NCBI RefSeq assembly: GCF_018977255.1
Contig: NW_024704743.1
Span: 77,750,001-77,814,000, forward strand
Direction of reading: 5' to 3'
From: Callorhinchus milii
Lineage: Eukaryota
Length of the DNA stretch: 64,000 nucleotides
Part shown: positions 1 through 13,770 of the stretch, one piece after another
Numbering within the stretch: position 1 is the stretch's first letter
Layout of the letters: each line of letters opens with the position of its first letter
Made by a program: the position numbers and the translations under genes
Notes under the pieces: model-generated
Seen by the model: only the letters and a program-made list of their open reading frames with translations
Database searches by the model: none
Told to the model about the DNA's origin: nothing

Positions 1-1489
1 TAGCATTCTGTGTGCCTTATGGAACAATCTGGGACCCCTATTCGATCAATAGGATGCCATGTTCAGAGCGAGAGGTGGCTTTTTTTAAGTAAAATCTGGC
101 TGCTTGAACAGGAAAGCCATTACCAGCTGCTGGTATTCATTTTGCTGCATCCTACGTACTGCTGAAAATAAAACCAAAACATTGCCTGTGCCAACCATTG
201 TTTAAAACTATAGCTCAGAGCATCTACTATTAAATGCTCACATCATACTGAATCGGCAGCCATTTTTCTGTCTCGAGTGCAATTAACCTCGAGCTTTTGG
301 CTTCAGGTATTCTAACAACTGTTCAGTCACTTGTGACCTGAGGTCAACAGTTCACCATTGCTCCTCCACTGCACTCAGCACCAGTTTAATGGGTGTAGCA
401 AATGTTTGGTAGACATCCATACATTTGGCTTTCTTCACATTTTCTCCAGCATTTTACTTGAAAGCACTAAGTTACTTTCCTTTTTCCAATTTAGAGAGAA
501 AACATTTATGCCCAGAAACGTACCGATGAGAGATATCTGCTCAATAAAAATGTCTTGTTCCTTGATTTGATTTTCATTTGATTTCACTGGGAAATCCTGG
601 CCTGACTGCTGAAGTGTCTGTTTTATGTTTGGACCTTAACAATTCATTAGAGGATCCCCATGGAATTGTTCATTTCACTGCAGTCCAATTACAGCGCCAT
701 GAAAACAGTTTTTGTTGTAATTAACTGATTTTTCTGTTTAGGTTCTGTTCTTACATGAAAGAAACTATTCATGAAAGTTAGCATTTTAATTAGGCATAAA
801 CTGGAACCCAAACTAAATTCTGTGATTTACTCTGGCTATGTAGGAATGAAGCAAACTCTTCTATGTTCTTACCATTGAGATATCCTGATTAGAAGCTCTT
901 TTTTTATACATTTATTCACACACACACACACCATTCCTTATACACTGCTCATCTTATCCTGCAGCACTGCCTCAAGTTGGGTTACACTTCCAGGGATACC
1001 TCATGTCCTCCAAGACTGTATACTTACTTTGAATCCTATGAAGCACAACGAGATGTTGTTCTGGCGTGATAAGTGCTACATTAAATGTTTGGATTAATGC
1101 TCTTAAAATTCTTCATGTGAGAGCCCAGCAACTGTGGCTATTTCACCATGTAGGGTGGGGACAGAAGACAGGGGCCGAAAAATAAATTACAGCCAAGCTT
1201 GAGACTCAAAATTTCTAATGTTCCTAACCTGAAGACTTTTGTCTTTCGAGTTTGCAGAATTTTAATAAAATCTTTAAAATTACCATGGTTACTTGAATCT
1301 AAAGCTTAATTGCTCATTAAACAGATGTCATGGTCTTCCTCTGAGTTGTAAATTTCTATGCTTCTAAAAATAATTCATTAAAAGGTACTCCGAAATCAGA
1401 ATCAATTGTGCCTTTGAGTTGCAGTAATGTTCCTTTTCATTCCCCCCAATCTTCTGATAGCTGCCTGCATCTTTGATTTTGGCACATAT

Positions 1490-2090
1490 GGGTAAGTCTT
1501 AATTCAGAAGTTGGAACGTTTTGCAGTTTGTTAAATTAAGACAAATGTCTTCAGGCCCAGCAAATAAGGTCGGTGGTTGGTGAGTCAGTGACTAGAGGGC
1601 ATCAATTTAAGATAATTAGCAAACAAGCAAATGGGGAGATTAAGAGAGGTTTTTAACACACAAAGTGGATAAGATATGGAATACTCTGCCAGGAGCAGTG
1701 GTTGAGGCAGAATCCATATTAATTTTCAAAAGGGAACTAGACAGATATCTAGTTAGATAATAATCATCATAATAATAATAATCCTTGCATTTGATATAGC
1801 ACTTTTCATGTCTTCTAGACATCTCAAAGCACTTCACAGAATATACTGTAAAGTGAATTGACTGTATTTTTTTGTGGGCGAAACATATTTTTACTTTTTC
1901 ATATGTTTACTCCTAGATATGTATTTTGTGGGCGCTTTGAGAAGTCGAGAAAATGTGAAAAGTGCTCTATCAAATGCAAGGATTATTATTATATTATATA
2001 AAGAATTGCTCTTTAAAAGAACCAGAACAGACACAATGGGCCAAATGGCCATTTTCTGCGCTGTAAATTTCTATTGGGTGTATGATTCTA
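1490..2090 (+). mobile_element. CR1 LINE 3' end, split by two SINE 3' fragments
   Basis: CR1 3' ORF2 text ('tggaatactctgccaggagcagtggttgaggcagaatcc', WNxLP..VVEA) resumes after about 2000 with the typical 3' UTR 'atgggccaaatggcc...gctgtaaatttctat'. Confidence 0.7.
1761..1998. mobile_element. Two SINE 3' fragments in opposite orientation (about 1761-1885 minus, 1920-1998 plus)
   Basis: Family tail 'gctctatcaaatgcaaggattattatt' at the right end and its reverse complement 'aataatccttgcatttgatatagc' at the left end. Confidence 0.75.
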
Positions 2091-4702
2091 AGGATTTCAT
2101 GTCCCTATATCCCACTTGGGACATTGACTGTAGAATCTCAAAGCATGCTTCTGCCTCAGGACTCTGATTTGCTCCCTGTTGCTGAAACTAACTTACACTC
2201 TGAAGTTTAAAAACTGAAATCCATTTTGCTTTATAATTATATTCTTAAACAGTTTAAAAAATGTGTAAGAGGTTTGTTTTAAATATAAACTTGCAGGTCA
2301 ATGAACAAGATAAGGGATGAAATGGCAATAATAAATGAGCAGGTGACTGCATCATGTTTGATTATATTATAATAATACATTTGATATAGCACCTTCCACA
2401 TCAGTCTCAAAGTGCTTCACAGGACTTACTGTAAAGTGTAGTGACGGTGTATTTGTAGGCAAACTCGGCAGCCAATTTATGCACAGCAAAGTCCCACAAA
2501 CAATTCAGTTTGTTAGCCATGCTGTTGAAATCATAATAATTAACACTGTCAGGGTCAAAAAATTCCATCTGCCGACCTCTCCTAGTGCTCATAATATTTA
2601 TAAATTATCTTCATGAATGTCCTCAGAAAAATAGTGAGTTTGCACTCAACATTAATTTAGACAAGGAGACAAGAGGGAAAGAATAATGGGGTCTAATTTG
2701 CAGTATTTCTTAACAACATTTTTTGATAAGGAATCCAAATCATGCAAAATGGAGACTCCTTCCAATGGCTGGAAGTATGTCATTCCTCCCTGATGCAATC
2801 TAATCACGAAGTGGAGTTCCCACCAGCTAACCTAACAACATTACTTCATAAGGAAATTCCTGAGAAATCCTGTGTTTTAAACACCAGTGGTTTAGTTGCT
2901 ATAACGGGTGGAGGAAGAAAAAAAGAGGATTTTGTCATCTTCGTTTTCCTGTGTCACGTGAACCCATTGAAACTATTATTAACAACTCTCTTCCAGGGAG
3001 AGACAGTCAAGCATTGTAAGTTGTGCAGCATTCCACCTTCCAAAAAAAAGAGAGGTTTGAATAAACTGAATTTTTACTATTCTGACCATTTTTCATCATA
3101 CATGCCCTGAATCCACAATACATTATTTACCATTGAATTCATAGTTGGAATTGCCAAAGCCTAGGATTAACATTAGAAATTAGATACTTTCTACATCAAA
3201 TATGCTCGAGAATATGGAAAGGCAAATAAACGAAGCTGACTTTAATACCACTCTACTATTTTGATTGTAAATGAGTAAGTGGTCTAATTTGAAACAATGT
3301 CCTATTTGCAGAGATCTGTGCTTCAGCGTTTCATGACCCAAACTCCCAGAAGGGTTGAAAAGTAAGCATTTCATTTATAGAAAAATCAACATTGCCTTCA
3401 GAGACAGGATGCCTACCCAATTATTTTGAAGAATTCATTTGTGGTTTTTGATACCTATTCCCCAGTCGGCTTTCTAAGTCATTATGGCCACCTTCACTTG
3501 AGCTAAATCATAAGGTCATGCATACATGTAAAGTGAGGGCAATTTTCAGCATGAACCACTCTGCTCAATGAGGTTTCCACAACAGGCATTGCTAATTCTA
3601 TACCAGCCTCTCTCCATCCAGTATCTACATTACTAAGTAATTTTACAGAGCAAATGGAAGGATATAGTGCTGCATTTTAAAATGGTGATCGGCAAATTGA
3701 AGATATATTTGGATGTAGTGTTTATCATTTTTTAACTATTGTACATCCCAACCCAAGTTGACGTCTTCAGGAGAGGAGGAAAAGGAGGAGGTTGCACCGA
3801 AAACACTAATCTGTGGGCATCATTGTCCTACAAAATCGTTCCCATTTCTCGAATTTATCAAGAGTATTCTTAAGAATATTTACCACAATGTTACACAGTC
3901 AGGCAAGGGTGAGGAATGTGACTGGTGATGTGATAGTTATCTCTCGTGACTAGTAATTCTCTCAATTCAAGGCCATTATATAACTTGTGAAGCAGCACTG
4001 ACAAGCTCCACTCCACAATCCACAGCAAAGATAGCCCCATCATAGGAACATATTGAATTCAGCCATTCAGCCCCTCGAGTCTGTTCCACCATTTTATTAG
4101 ATCATGGCTGATCTGTATTAGTCAGTGAAGGCTACATCAAAAAAAGGCAACAGTTAATTATTTTCAAACCAGGTATTGAAGAAAGAGGGGGAATCACACC
4201 TACATCAGTAAGTAACTATTGACTGCCTTTGATTGTATTCTTTGTCCATGTGATGATTTCAACAGCACAAGGCACATTTTCAACTCCAATGATCTCAAGC
4301 ACTTCACTAAGTCCCTCTCTAACATATGCACATCAATAACATGTTCGATGATTCTCCAAAACATTTATGGATCATGGGCAAGAGCAACTTTTCCAGAATT
4401 ACAGTCCTTGGTGATTTGAGCTTTTCTACCATAAGATCACACTATCAGATCTATACTGACCTTTGAAGATTCATTCCTGATATGTCTTAAGACTCCTTTG
4501 ACATTTCTTTATTGAAAAGCAGTCTGATATACGCTGAACATTTCCTCTCAACAGTCTTCGGTTGTATCTGAGCTCGGAGTATTGTAACAGATTGTGCCAC
4601 ATTGGTGGAGGCAGCAAGGAGGACGGCCTAAGAACAATGACCCGTCTAGGCTCTGAGCTGAATGTCTCATGCTTCAGGCTAGGACCAAGGAGGAAATGGC
4701 TT

Positions 4703-5385
4703 ACAAAACAAAACAACAACAACAACAAAGGACTTCCCAAGGCGCTGGACAGTCAGGGGTCAGGATCCGAGCATGGGGGAGGGGTAGGGTATGGGTGAGG
4801 GAAGGCAAAGAGGTAGGAAGGTGACCAAAGGCACGATTGAAGAGGAGGGTCTTGAGACTAGCCTTGAAGGAGGCAAGGGAGGAAGCGAGGTGAAGGGACC
4901 GTGGAATGCAGTTCCAGAGTACGGGGGCAGAGAGGCTGAAAGTCCGGCCACCGATCGTAGGGCAGGTTGTGCGGGAGACATGGAGCAGGCCAGAGCCCGC
5001 TGAACGGAGGGAGTGGGCAGGTTGGTAGGGAGTCAGCAGGTCAGAGGGGTAGGAGGGGACGAGGCCATGAATGGCCCCGAAAGTGAGGACGAGAATCTTG
5101 CATTCGATCCTCTGAGGGATGGGGAGCCAGTGGAGTCGGGCGAGGGTGGGAGTGATGGGGTTGCAGAGCCTAGTGCGTGAGAGTTGCAGATTTTTGGATG
5201 ATCTGCAGCTTGTGAAAGGAAGAGTTGGGAAGGCCGATGAGGAGGAAGTTTCCATAATCGAGCCTTGATGTGACAAGCGCGTGGGTGAGGGTTTCGGCAG
5301 CCTGAGGAGTGAGGCAGTGGCGGAGTCTGGCAATGCTGCGGAGGTGGTGGTAGGCAGTGCCAGTCATGGCACGGATCTGGGGAAC
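4703..5385 (-). mobile_element. L2 LINE, 5'-truncated (ORF2 C-terminus and 3' UTR)
   Basis: Minus-strand translations give [41 protein letters not shown] and FKASLKTLLF; (TTG)n tail; frameshifted. Confidence 0.92.
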
Positions 5386-5510
5386 TTGAGGAGAGTTAAA
5401 AATTGATTTAAAATAAAGTGCCCTGACTTCTAGCTAGACAGTAGCAGAATATTAACATGATCTGATATCATTTTGTACCTGCTTAGATTTGAATTATACT
5501 TTGTATGTGT

Positions 5511-5848
5511 CAGCCTGGCTCAGTCAGTAGCACTCTCACCTCTGAGCCAGAAGTTTGTGTCGGAAATTGGAACCCAAATTGTCTATGCTATTAAAGTTCC
5601 CGTGACACGTTTTGAAAAGAGAAGAGAATTTCTCCTGGAGTCTTGGCCAACAATCCCCCCAAATTAAAATATGGTCATTCACTCCATGGCCATTTGTTGG
5701 AAGATGCTGCGCGCAAACTGTCTACTGCATTCACCCACAAAGTACACACAGTCACTGCTACTAACAATATATCCTGTGAAGTGCTTTGTGACGTCACGAT
5801 AACATGACAAGGCGCTACACCAAATGCAAGGATTATTATATTATTATA
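5511..5848 (+). mobile_element. Deu-domain SINE (SacSINE1/AmnSINE-like), internally deleted
   Basis: Head 'cagcctggctcagtcagtagcactctcacctctgag', Deu-like 'ttaaagttcccgtgacac...ctggagtcttggccaacaatcc', shared tail ending 'caaatgcaaggattattat'. Confidence 0.7.
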
Positions 5849-6290
5849 AGGAACAAAATGGAGTTTGGAATAGTGTTATTTTGCTCCCAGTAAATAATTG
5901 CACCTATTCCTTTTGACCAGTCAGTCCAGATCCAGCAGGTGATTTCCAAACACAGTCATTGAGAAATCAAATTTAATACTGATTTGCCTGTTATTTACTG
6001 AGGTTTTTTTCTAACTCTCCATAGATCTTTATTGTTTACCGATTAGAGGGTTAAAAATTCACCTAGCCTTAGCCTATAGGACCATTTTCTCTTATTATTT
6101 AAGTCTGTGATGAATTGTGGAAAATGCTTCAATTCAATAATTTGGAAACCTGTTGTTTTTAATATCTGGAATGTGGTTCGCCTTTGTATCACAGAACATT
6201 ATACTATTGAAGCTGTGTTGCTCCTGTTCTTTCACTCGTGCAAAAGGCTGTCATATATGAAGAGCATACTTGTGGACCGTTTGTAGAAAT

Positions 6291-6600
6291 CAGCTTGGCT
6301 CAGATAATAGCAGTCACCCTGGGTCACGAGGTTGTGGGTTCAAGCCCCTCATTCAGCACATAGTCTAATGGTTCTCAGATAGTCCTGCAGGTCAAAGGTG
6401 CCTTCCTTCAATGGCTTGTTAAACCGAGGTTCTGTCTGTATGGCCCAGTGGATCTTGAAGATCTAATAGCTCTATTCAAAAAGAGCCAGGCGTTTCTCCC
6501 AGCATCCTGGCCAACAATCTTCCAGATGAATCTGGCATTTCAACTCAAAGCTATTGTGAGACCTTGCTATACATACAAAGGTTGCTGTGTTTGCCCTCAA
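6291..6600 (+). mobile_element. Deu-domain SINE, old copy
   Basis: tRNA-like head with B-box 'gggttcaagcc'; Deu-like 'ttaaaccgaggttctgtctg...gaagatctaatagctctattc...cctggccaacaat'. Confidence 0.65.
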
Positions 6601-7629
6601 AAATGTAATGATACTTGACAATAATTATTGTAAAACTCTCACACTTGCGATGTGCTCAGCAATTGTTATGAAACAATTTGTATAATGCACTGTCTTAGGC
6701 ACAATATCTTTCAATGTACTGATTACTAAAAATAACTTCACTCCTAGCAAATAAAGGAGTTCTGTTCCAGTGGATTCGTAGAATAATGCACTGCTATTGG
6801 ATGGCAAACAATGGTGGGAGCTTACCATTGTTACCCTTAAGTTAAATAGAGCCACCAATTACTTATGAAAAAAAACAATTTTTAATCGTACATCCAGTGT
6901 CATGAAGCTCCATTTGAAATATAGATCTTAATTTCTGGCTTCAGTGACACCACAGGCTTCACATTGACTTCAACAACAATAAAAGCATATTTATATGTTC
7001 CTAGCAGAATTACAGTCAGCAGCCAATACGGTACTCACCTGACATAATCCATGGTCGTAGCCCTTAGCTAGTGTTTCTGAAACCTGCATTACAGGAGCTC
7101 CTGTGACCCAAGCTTCAGGGACACAGGAGAAACTGGTTTCTTTTGCAGCATCAGCCAAAAACATTGCATCTTCAGTGATTTTTTGGCTGCCCTAATTGTC
7201 AGGTTTCAGTTGAATTATAAACAACAATTTGCATCAGTTAGCTATTGTCTGCCTTCCCCTGGCTTCAGCACAATGGTTGGGCACAAAGCTTAAGATGGAG
7301 TCCCATGAATTATTTCAAGGGCAGTTGGGGGTCCTGTTTCCAGCCCAGCAATTAAGCCAAAGATGGGGGAGGACGGGAAAAAAATGAATGCGTACACACA
7401 GATCAAACTCTTCCACTGTATTTTTCAATGATCCTGATAGTAATCATCACATGACATTTAAGTGTTAGTAACCCATAAATAAGTTGGCTTGTAGATGTGT
7501 CGAAAATGGGTCACAGCAGCTCCAGAAAACAAGCAGCAGAGAAGTGCCTGAAGATAATTGTGGTCCTGGAGTGGATGGTTGAACAGTGTTGATTGTCCAA
7601 CACTCCTGACATTCCTTGGATGGAAAAAA

Positions 7630-7651
7630 TTGTGTGTGTGTGTGTGTGTGT
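7630..7651. repeat. (TG)n microsatellite (others near 917, 50512, 63668)
   Basis: Directly visible. Confidence 0.9.
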
Positions 7652-10084
7652 TTGGGGGGTTGGAGGGTGGAATTATTTGGAGGTTCTTTTAGACCATAGT
7701 AAATCCTTGGGATGGCAGGCAAAAAATGGGCTTATTTATTCCATTACTGACCAGATACATACAATAGATATATATTTTGTAAATATAACAATCATCCATT
7801 AACATATATATGTGCCATCTAATACCTGAATGTAACATGACATACCCACACATATATATATATATAAATTTGTAGATAGATGGCAACAACATTTTTAAAA
7901 TCAAATGTGTGTACCTTTTGAATTGCACGTCTTGTTTTAAAGTACTAAATGAACAGAAGTACAGTTTTAAGGTTATGAATTTTGCGGGGGGTGAGTGGGG
8001 AGGGAAAGGAATGCATCTCTGACATTGCAGCACTTCCCCAGCATTGCATCAGAGTGCAACTGTACAACAATCTCAGAGAATTTCCACTGCACAGCAATGA
8101 CAAGATTACATTTGTATAGCGCCTTTCACGTCGGGAGGACGTCCCAACATTCTACATTAAAACAAAAATGCCTCACCCCAATTAGTTATAATGTGAGATC
8201 ACTTATAATGTAAATGGAGTGGGACCCCTTTCCTATGCAAATATGTACCAGTGGCTACTGTGCTAAATAAATGGTCAACCACTGGGGCATCATATTGCCA
8301 TCAAGGTCACGACTTGTTTACTGCACATGCAGTGAATCCTGACTCAGTTCGCTCCCGTTTTAAAAGCAAGTTAGGATTTTATGGACCAAAAACTATTAGA
8401 GTATAATGGCGCTCCACTTTACTCTCTGCTCCATTGGAATTTTTTCCTCAAATCCCAGATTCCCCTCAAATTTGCAGAATTTTTGGTGTGATTTTTTTCA
8501 CAGCAGTGAATATGCACAAAACAGATATGGAGAAACACAGTAAAATTCTGTGAAGTGCTATGAGATATCCTCCTTACATGAAAGATGCTATCCCAAATGC
8601 AAGAAAATTTGGCAAGTATCACCTACAAAATACACAATCAATCCACTTTACCATATATTATGTGAAGCACTTTGAGACGTCTCAATGATGAGATAAGGCG
8701 CTATATCAAATGCAATTATTATTATTATTATATTATTATAACTGACTGTGGATTTGGGATAAGATAAATTATATCCAATACATCTTAATTTAGTTCTAAT
8801 TTAGGTAGTCTGTGTGCTAGCTACTCAAATCTGACTAGAATACAGCAGAAAGCTATATGGATATATGAAGCAAAGCTTATTCCCAAAGAAAATTATCATG
8901 CCCCTTAATTCACAGGGAGTACAAAGATGGAAAGCTCCCTCCCTAAAGCCATTTTTCACTGTCAATAGCACATCATGAGTAATTCAGATTTCTGAGCTCA
9001 ATTCTTCTACATGTGTAGCAAAGTCTAATGGCCCCAATGAAATGAATGTGGAAAAATGTGAAAAAATAATGCAATGTAAAAAGCAAAAATGATTCAGCCA
9101 ACAGTCAAAAAAAGCCCATCAAATGACCCCACTCATGTTTGTCAATCTCTGCACTAAAGTTCAACCCCTTGTCTTTTCTGGTTTTGTCTCAGATTGTATC
9201 TGTGAACCTCAGGTTCTCAACTCTGACCAGTGCTCAAAATCCAGCCATTCCAGGTAATCAGAAGGTTATTTACTCTGTCTGGCCACCAAATTGCAGAGTT
9301 CAGGAATCTGCAAATTTCTAACAAAAACAAACCACTGAAAGGAAGTGGTTTACTGAACAAGGGGTTATGGTTAAATGAGTCCCAGTTTACATTCTGAACT
9401 GCAAAAGACTCGGAAAGAGGGGCCCACAATTTCAGAGCAACTGGATACCCCCCTCTCCCGCCACACAAAAAACAAATGATATTTTGCAACTGAACGAACT
9501 CCATTCATGTTTCACACTTTGAATGGAATCTTTTGATCTGCCAACAAGTAGTTCAAAACGACTTTCAAACATGAAGCATTGCTGTGCTGAGCTGGACTGT
9601 GTCTCATGTAACGTGGATGCTGGTGGATTTAAGCCTTACTTTGCTTTAGTGTATGGTTACTGTTAATAATGACAGTTTCCTCCTTGCATGCTAATGTGAC
9701 TGAGTTTCAAAAGATATAGAAAGTGTTTTGTTCACCTCATTTAACATATATACACACTGGGGTTAAAAGTCCAACTTTTGATGTGATGATTATTACAGAT
9801 CATAATTATCACAACACAAGTTGCATTCTCTCACTATCTCCTATTAATAGAAGAAACTTATATTTTGCATTGGCTTATAATACTGAAACATCTCAAAGCA
9901 CTTTACAGTAATTTACTCAGGTTTCAATGTGGTCACAAGTTAAGAAGCCCTTCATTGGCTGCCATGTTTGCCTACAAAATGCACAGTCACTACACTTTAC
10001 AATTGTGTATTTTGCCTCTGGTGAAATGCTTTGATCCATCATCCTGACATGAAAGGCGTTATATCAAATGCAAGTATTATTATT

Positions 10085-10370
10085 ATCAAATCTTGAAGGA
10101 ATCTCTCATGTGGTACCTTGTCAAATGCCTTTTGGAAGGCTAGATACGTTATATCATTTCCCCTCCCAGACTCAATTTGAGATGTCCCCTCCTCAATAAA
10201 ATCTATGAGGTTGGTCAAACACGAACTACTCCTTCTGAATCAATGCTGGCTATGATTTATTAGATTATTGTTACACAAGGTAATCTTCCATTTTTCCTCT
10301 TTTTTTGATTGATTCCATTAATTTTCCAACTATTGGAGGTCAGGCTAATGGGTCTATAGGAGCCAATTAT
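10085..10370 (-). mobile_element. CR1 RT fragment
   Basis: Reverse strand encodes YRPISL, QHxFRRSS and LAFQKAFDKVPH-like motifs ('ggtaccttgtcaaatgccttttggaagg'). Confidence 0.75.
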
Positions 10371-13300
10371 GGTTTTGTGCCTTTAGCAGAAAAAACTCAA
10401 TACTTGCCTCCATATAGTGGAAGGACTCAGGTTTAATTCTGTTCCATCCAGCTCCACGAGTTCCTATTGCTGTGAGGTTGTGCTGGATTCCCCTCAGCCT
10501 CTATCCCTGTGTATGTATGGGGCAGGGAAATTGGACAAAGATGTATGTAAAGGGCAGGAAAATTTGACAGAGACATGGGTGGGCTGCCATCATATTCCTC
10601 CCAGTATTTGACTAAGGAGAGTCTCTGTATTTGTCTGTAGAAAGATTATGGCTTCAAGATCATAAGGGTGAAATAGAAAGATGTCATATTTTTATCAAGT
10701 CTAGTAAATGTGGTTTGTGAGGAAATAAGTCTACCAAATAAGCCTCTAAAATTCTATGTTGATGATATAGAATGCATTTCTAATCAACTCTATAAATACA
10801 CTGAAACATTCACATTACAGCTCTAATGTACTGACTTTTCTAAATATTGGAAGCAGACCAGGCGTAGACACCTTCAGCATTCCTTCCAGAGCCAGACAGA
10901 CAACATTCACTCATCAAGAGGTGTGCAAGGTCTGACTCCGAGATTCAATATTCTGGGTTCTTAACCAACCCTGTTACTCACAACTTTCTTAAGCACACTG
11001 CTCTTTCCAGCTCTTCACAGAGTGGCTGAAGAACACATTGATTTGCTCCAGTCCAGGGGGAAAGAGACTAGAGGCAAGTGGATTTACAGCTTATACCACC
11101 CAGACTCCACATTCCCTCTCGGATACACTGCAGAGCCATTTGGACAAAGATGCAATACTCACATATACCCTTTGGAGTGACCTCTTAGTAGGCTCTCACA
11201 CTGCCTGTCCCAAAGTCAGTTACACGTACAAATCGTCACTTTAAAACCTCAACAACAACTTGCATTTATATAACGCCCTCCAAGCGGGGTAGCATCCCGG
11301 AGCGCTTGAATATCAGTCCTTACTAACTTGTTGTGAGGGCGAATCAAACAGGTTGAAGATTCAGGGTTCAACTAGAAACAATATAGAGTTTCAGCCAGCT
11401 CAGCTCCAAGGAGATCCCATTTATTCCATCACCCTTCCTCATCCCCAAGTCACTGTCTTATCTCTCTTTTAAACATCTCTATTGATTCCACCTCTACAGC
11501 TTTCTGGGGCAGAGCATTCCAGAGCATAATTGCTAAACTACAATATTATTTTATAGAATGTAAAATCTACTTTTTTAAATTTTTCTGATATAGAAATTAC
11601 AAAACTAATACCATTTATTTTATATTCTCTGCATCAAGATACATATTCAAGCAAATTCTTCACTTAATCAGCAAGTTAGTTGACACTCTTGAGAGCTGCA
11701 GTGGTACACAGACAGGTCAAATTGCCATGGCTCTTGCAAAGCATCTAAAAAGACATTTCAGTAAGTGAAACTTCCACTAGGTTGTATTTCATTGAGGATT
11801 TGTAATACCCACACATATACAAAGAAGACTGTTTTTACCGGAAGCCAGGGTTAGGGAAAGGTTAAGGTAACTGGTTATACCATTCATTACATCTGACAAG
11901 TGGAAAGAATGTAGCCAACTTTAATTACCTTTTCAGTTCTACTATTATCTCAAGTCTATAAGGCAAGCTACAACAAAATCAGTTTTCTTAATTAAAGTTT
12001 TATTGACTATAATGTTTTAAGAAGATGGCTACAAATATTTAAAAAATTGGTTGCTCCTCTTAAGCATTTGAAATAGTGATCCTGCATTTATACGAACTAC
12101 AGTCAACTCACTTGACAGTATATTCTGTGAAGCGCTTTGAGACATCTTAATGACGTGATAAGGCGCTATATCAAATGCAAGGATTATTATTATCACGGTC
12201 AACCACTGAGAGCAGGGATTCTTCCCACTCAGCTCTTGTTAACCCTACAAAGCTCTAATGGGTTGGATGATCCCAGCTAGACAAGCTTGCCAAACAATGG
12301 TTTGCAATATCAAGCTGCATGGCTTCAGCTGGTTAGACTCCAGCAGTATCTCAATGCAAATATAATTATTGTTATAGTTACTGACCACTGCATACCTAGT
12401 GGTACAAATGAGACTGCAGACTTTCGAATTGGTGATTTCCATAAAACTGAGTGTTACACTGTACACTTTGTCAGTTTGCTGCTAAACATGTTCGAAAAAT
12501 CTTACCACGTACCTACACACAAACAAGCTCATGTGAATGAAGCAGTCTGCAAGCATAAGCAGTGGAAAGAGATGGCTGTGAGACAAAGTCTCAGAGTACT
12601 TGTGAACACCAAAGTGCTCCATCCTGAGGGAGGAAAATCAACATGCCAAATTTTTCCTGCCACAAATCTACTTAATTCTTTATGGAAAAGGGAAAGAAAA
12701 ACACTGTTCAACTTTTAGAAAACCATTTTTTTTCCTGTTCTGCAGAAAACGTTCCAAAGAAATCATAAAAATACTGCACGGAAATTATATATGGCATTCA
12801 GAGAGGTAGATTTGGGGTGAAATTGAAAATGTGACCATTCTGTCATATTCCATATATGCTGCACATGTACATGCATGTGATACCTGCCTTAAACCTCAGA
12901 CTGACAACGCATCCTGATAAATTCTTGCCTCTCTGGGTTAGGTGGCTTTTGCAGGTTTTCATTTCTTGCATTATGTGATCAAAATTCGACCATTGTGTCT
13001 TAAAAATGTATGGAATACAAAAAGGTGGCTTTATCAGGGATAATTGAAATAATAACAATTATAATCCTATTTAATATACTGCATTGTCAAATGTTTGTGA
13101 CGTCCCACAGCATTTCACAGAATTTACTGGAGAGTGTAGTGACTGTGTATTTTGTTAGAGAATGGATGAAATGGTATTAGTAATAATATAAGTTCAAAAG
13201 GTTGATTTCTATTGTTTTTATTTGTGCAACTTCCTCTTTTCTTCTCCCGAAGGCATTGACTCATGTTGCAGGCATTAGACATTCTTTGGTATCTTGACCG

Positions 13301-13519
13301 AGTGTCTTCTCTCCATGGTTGAGCCACCAAGCCATCACCACCATGAAAGCATTGCTTTACCTTGTTACATTGCAGTTGACATCGCATGGCAGATTAAGTT
13401 CTCTACAGGTCTATAGCTACTGGTGCTCTCTACCTTAAGACTATTTAGCTGATGACACTGTCCCTTTCAGAAACTCTCACTGCATTCAATGGTGGGTTCC
13501 ACTGAAACTGCAGGCAACT

Positions 13520-13770
13520 ATTATAATCCTTTCATTTGGTATAGCACCTTTCATGTCAGGAGGACATCTCAAAATGCTTCACAGAATTTACTGTAAAGTG
13601 GAGTGAATGTATTTGTAGGTGAACACAGCAGTCACCTTATGCACCACAAACAGCCATGAAGAGTGACCAATTTTATGTGGGAGATCATTGGCCAGAGAAG
13701 CTCCTTGCCATGAAATCTAAAATGTCCACCTATTAATGTCACACTCAAAGGATGGCATCTCTGGCAATGA
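13520..13770 (-). mobile_element. Deu-type SINE 3' portion
   Basis: Reverse-complement tail plus 'ggccagagaag...tgtccacc...aaaggatggcatc'. Confidence 0.6.

Noticed and set aside
12287..12718. 143-aa ORF or internal exon (TDHCIPSG...)
   Set aside because: No recognisable domain and weak splice signals
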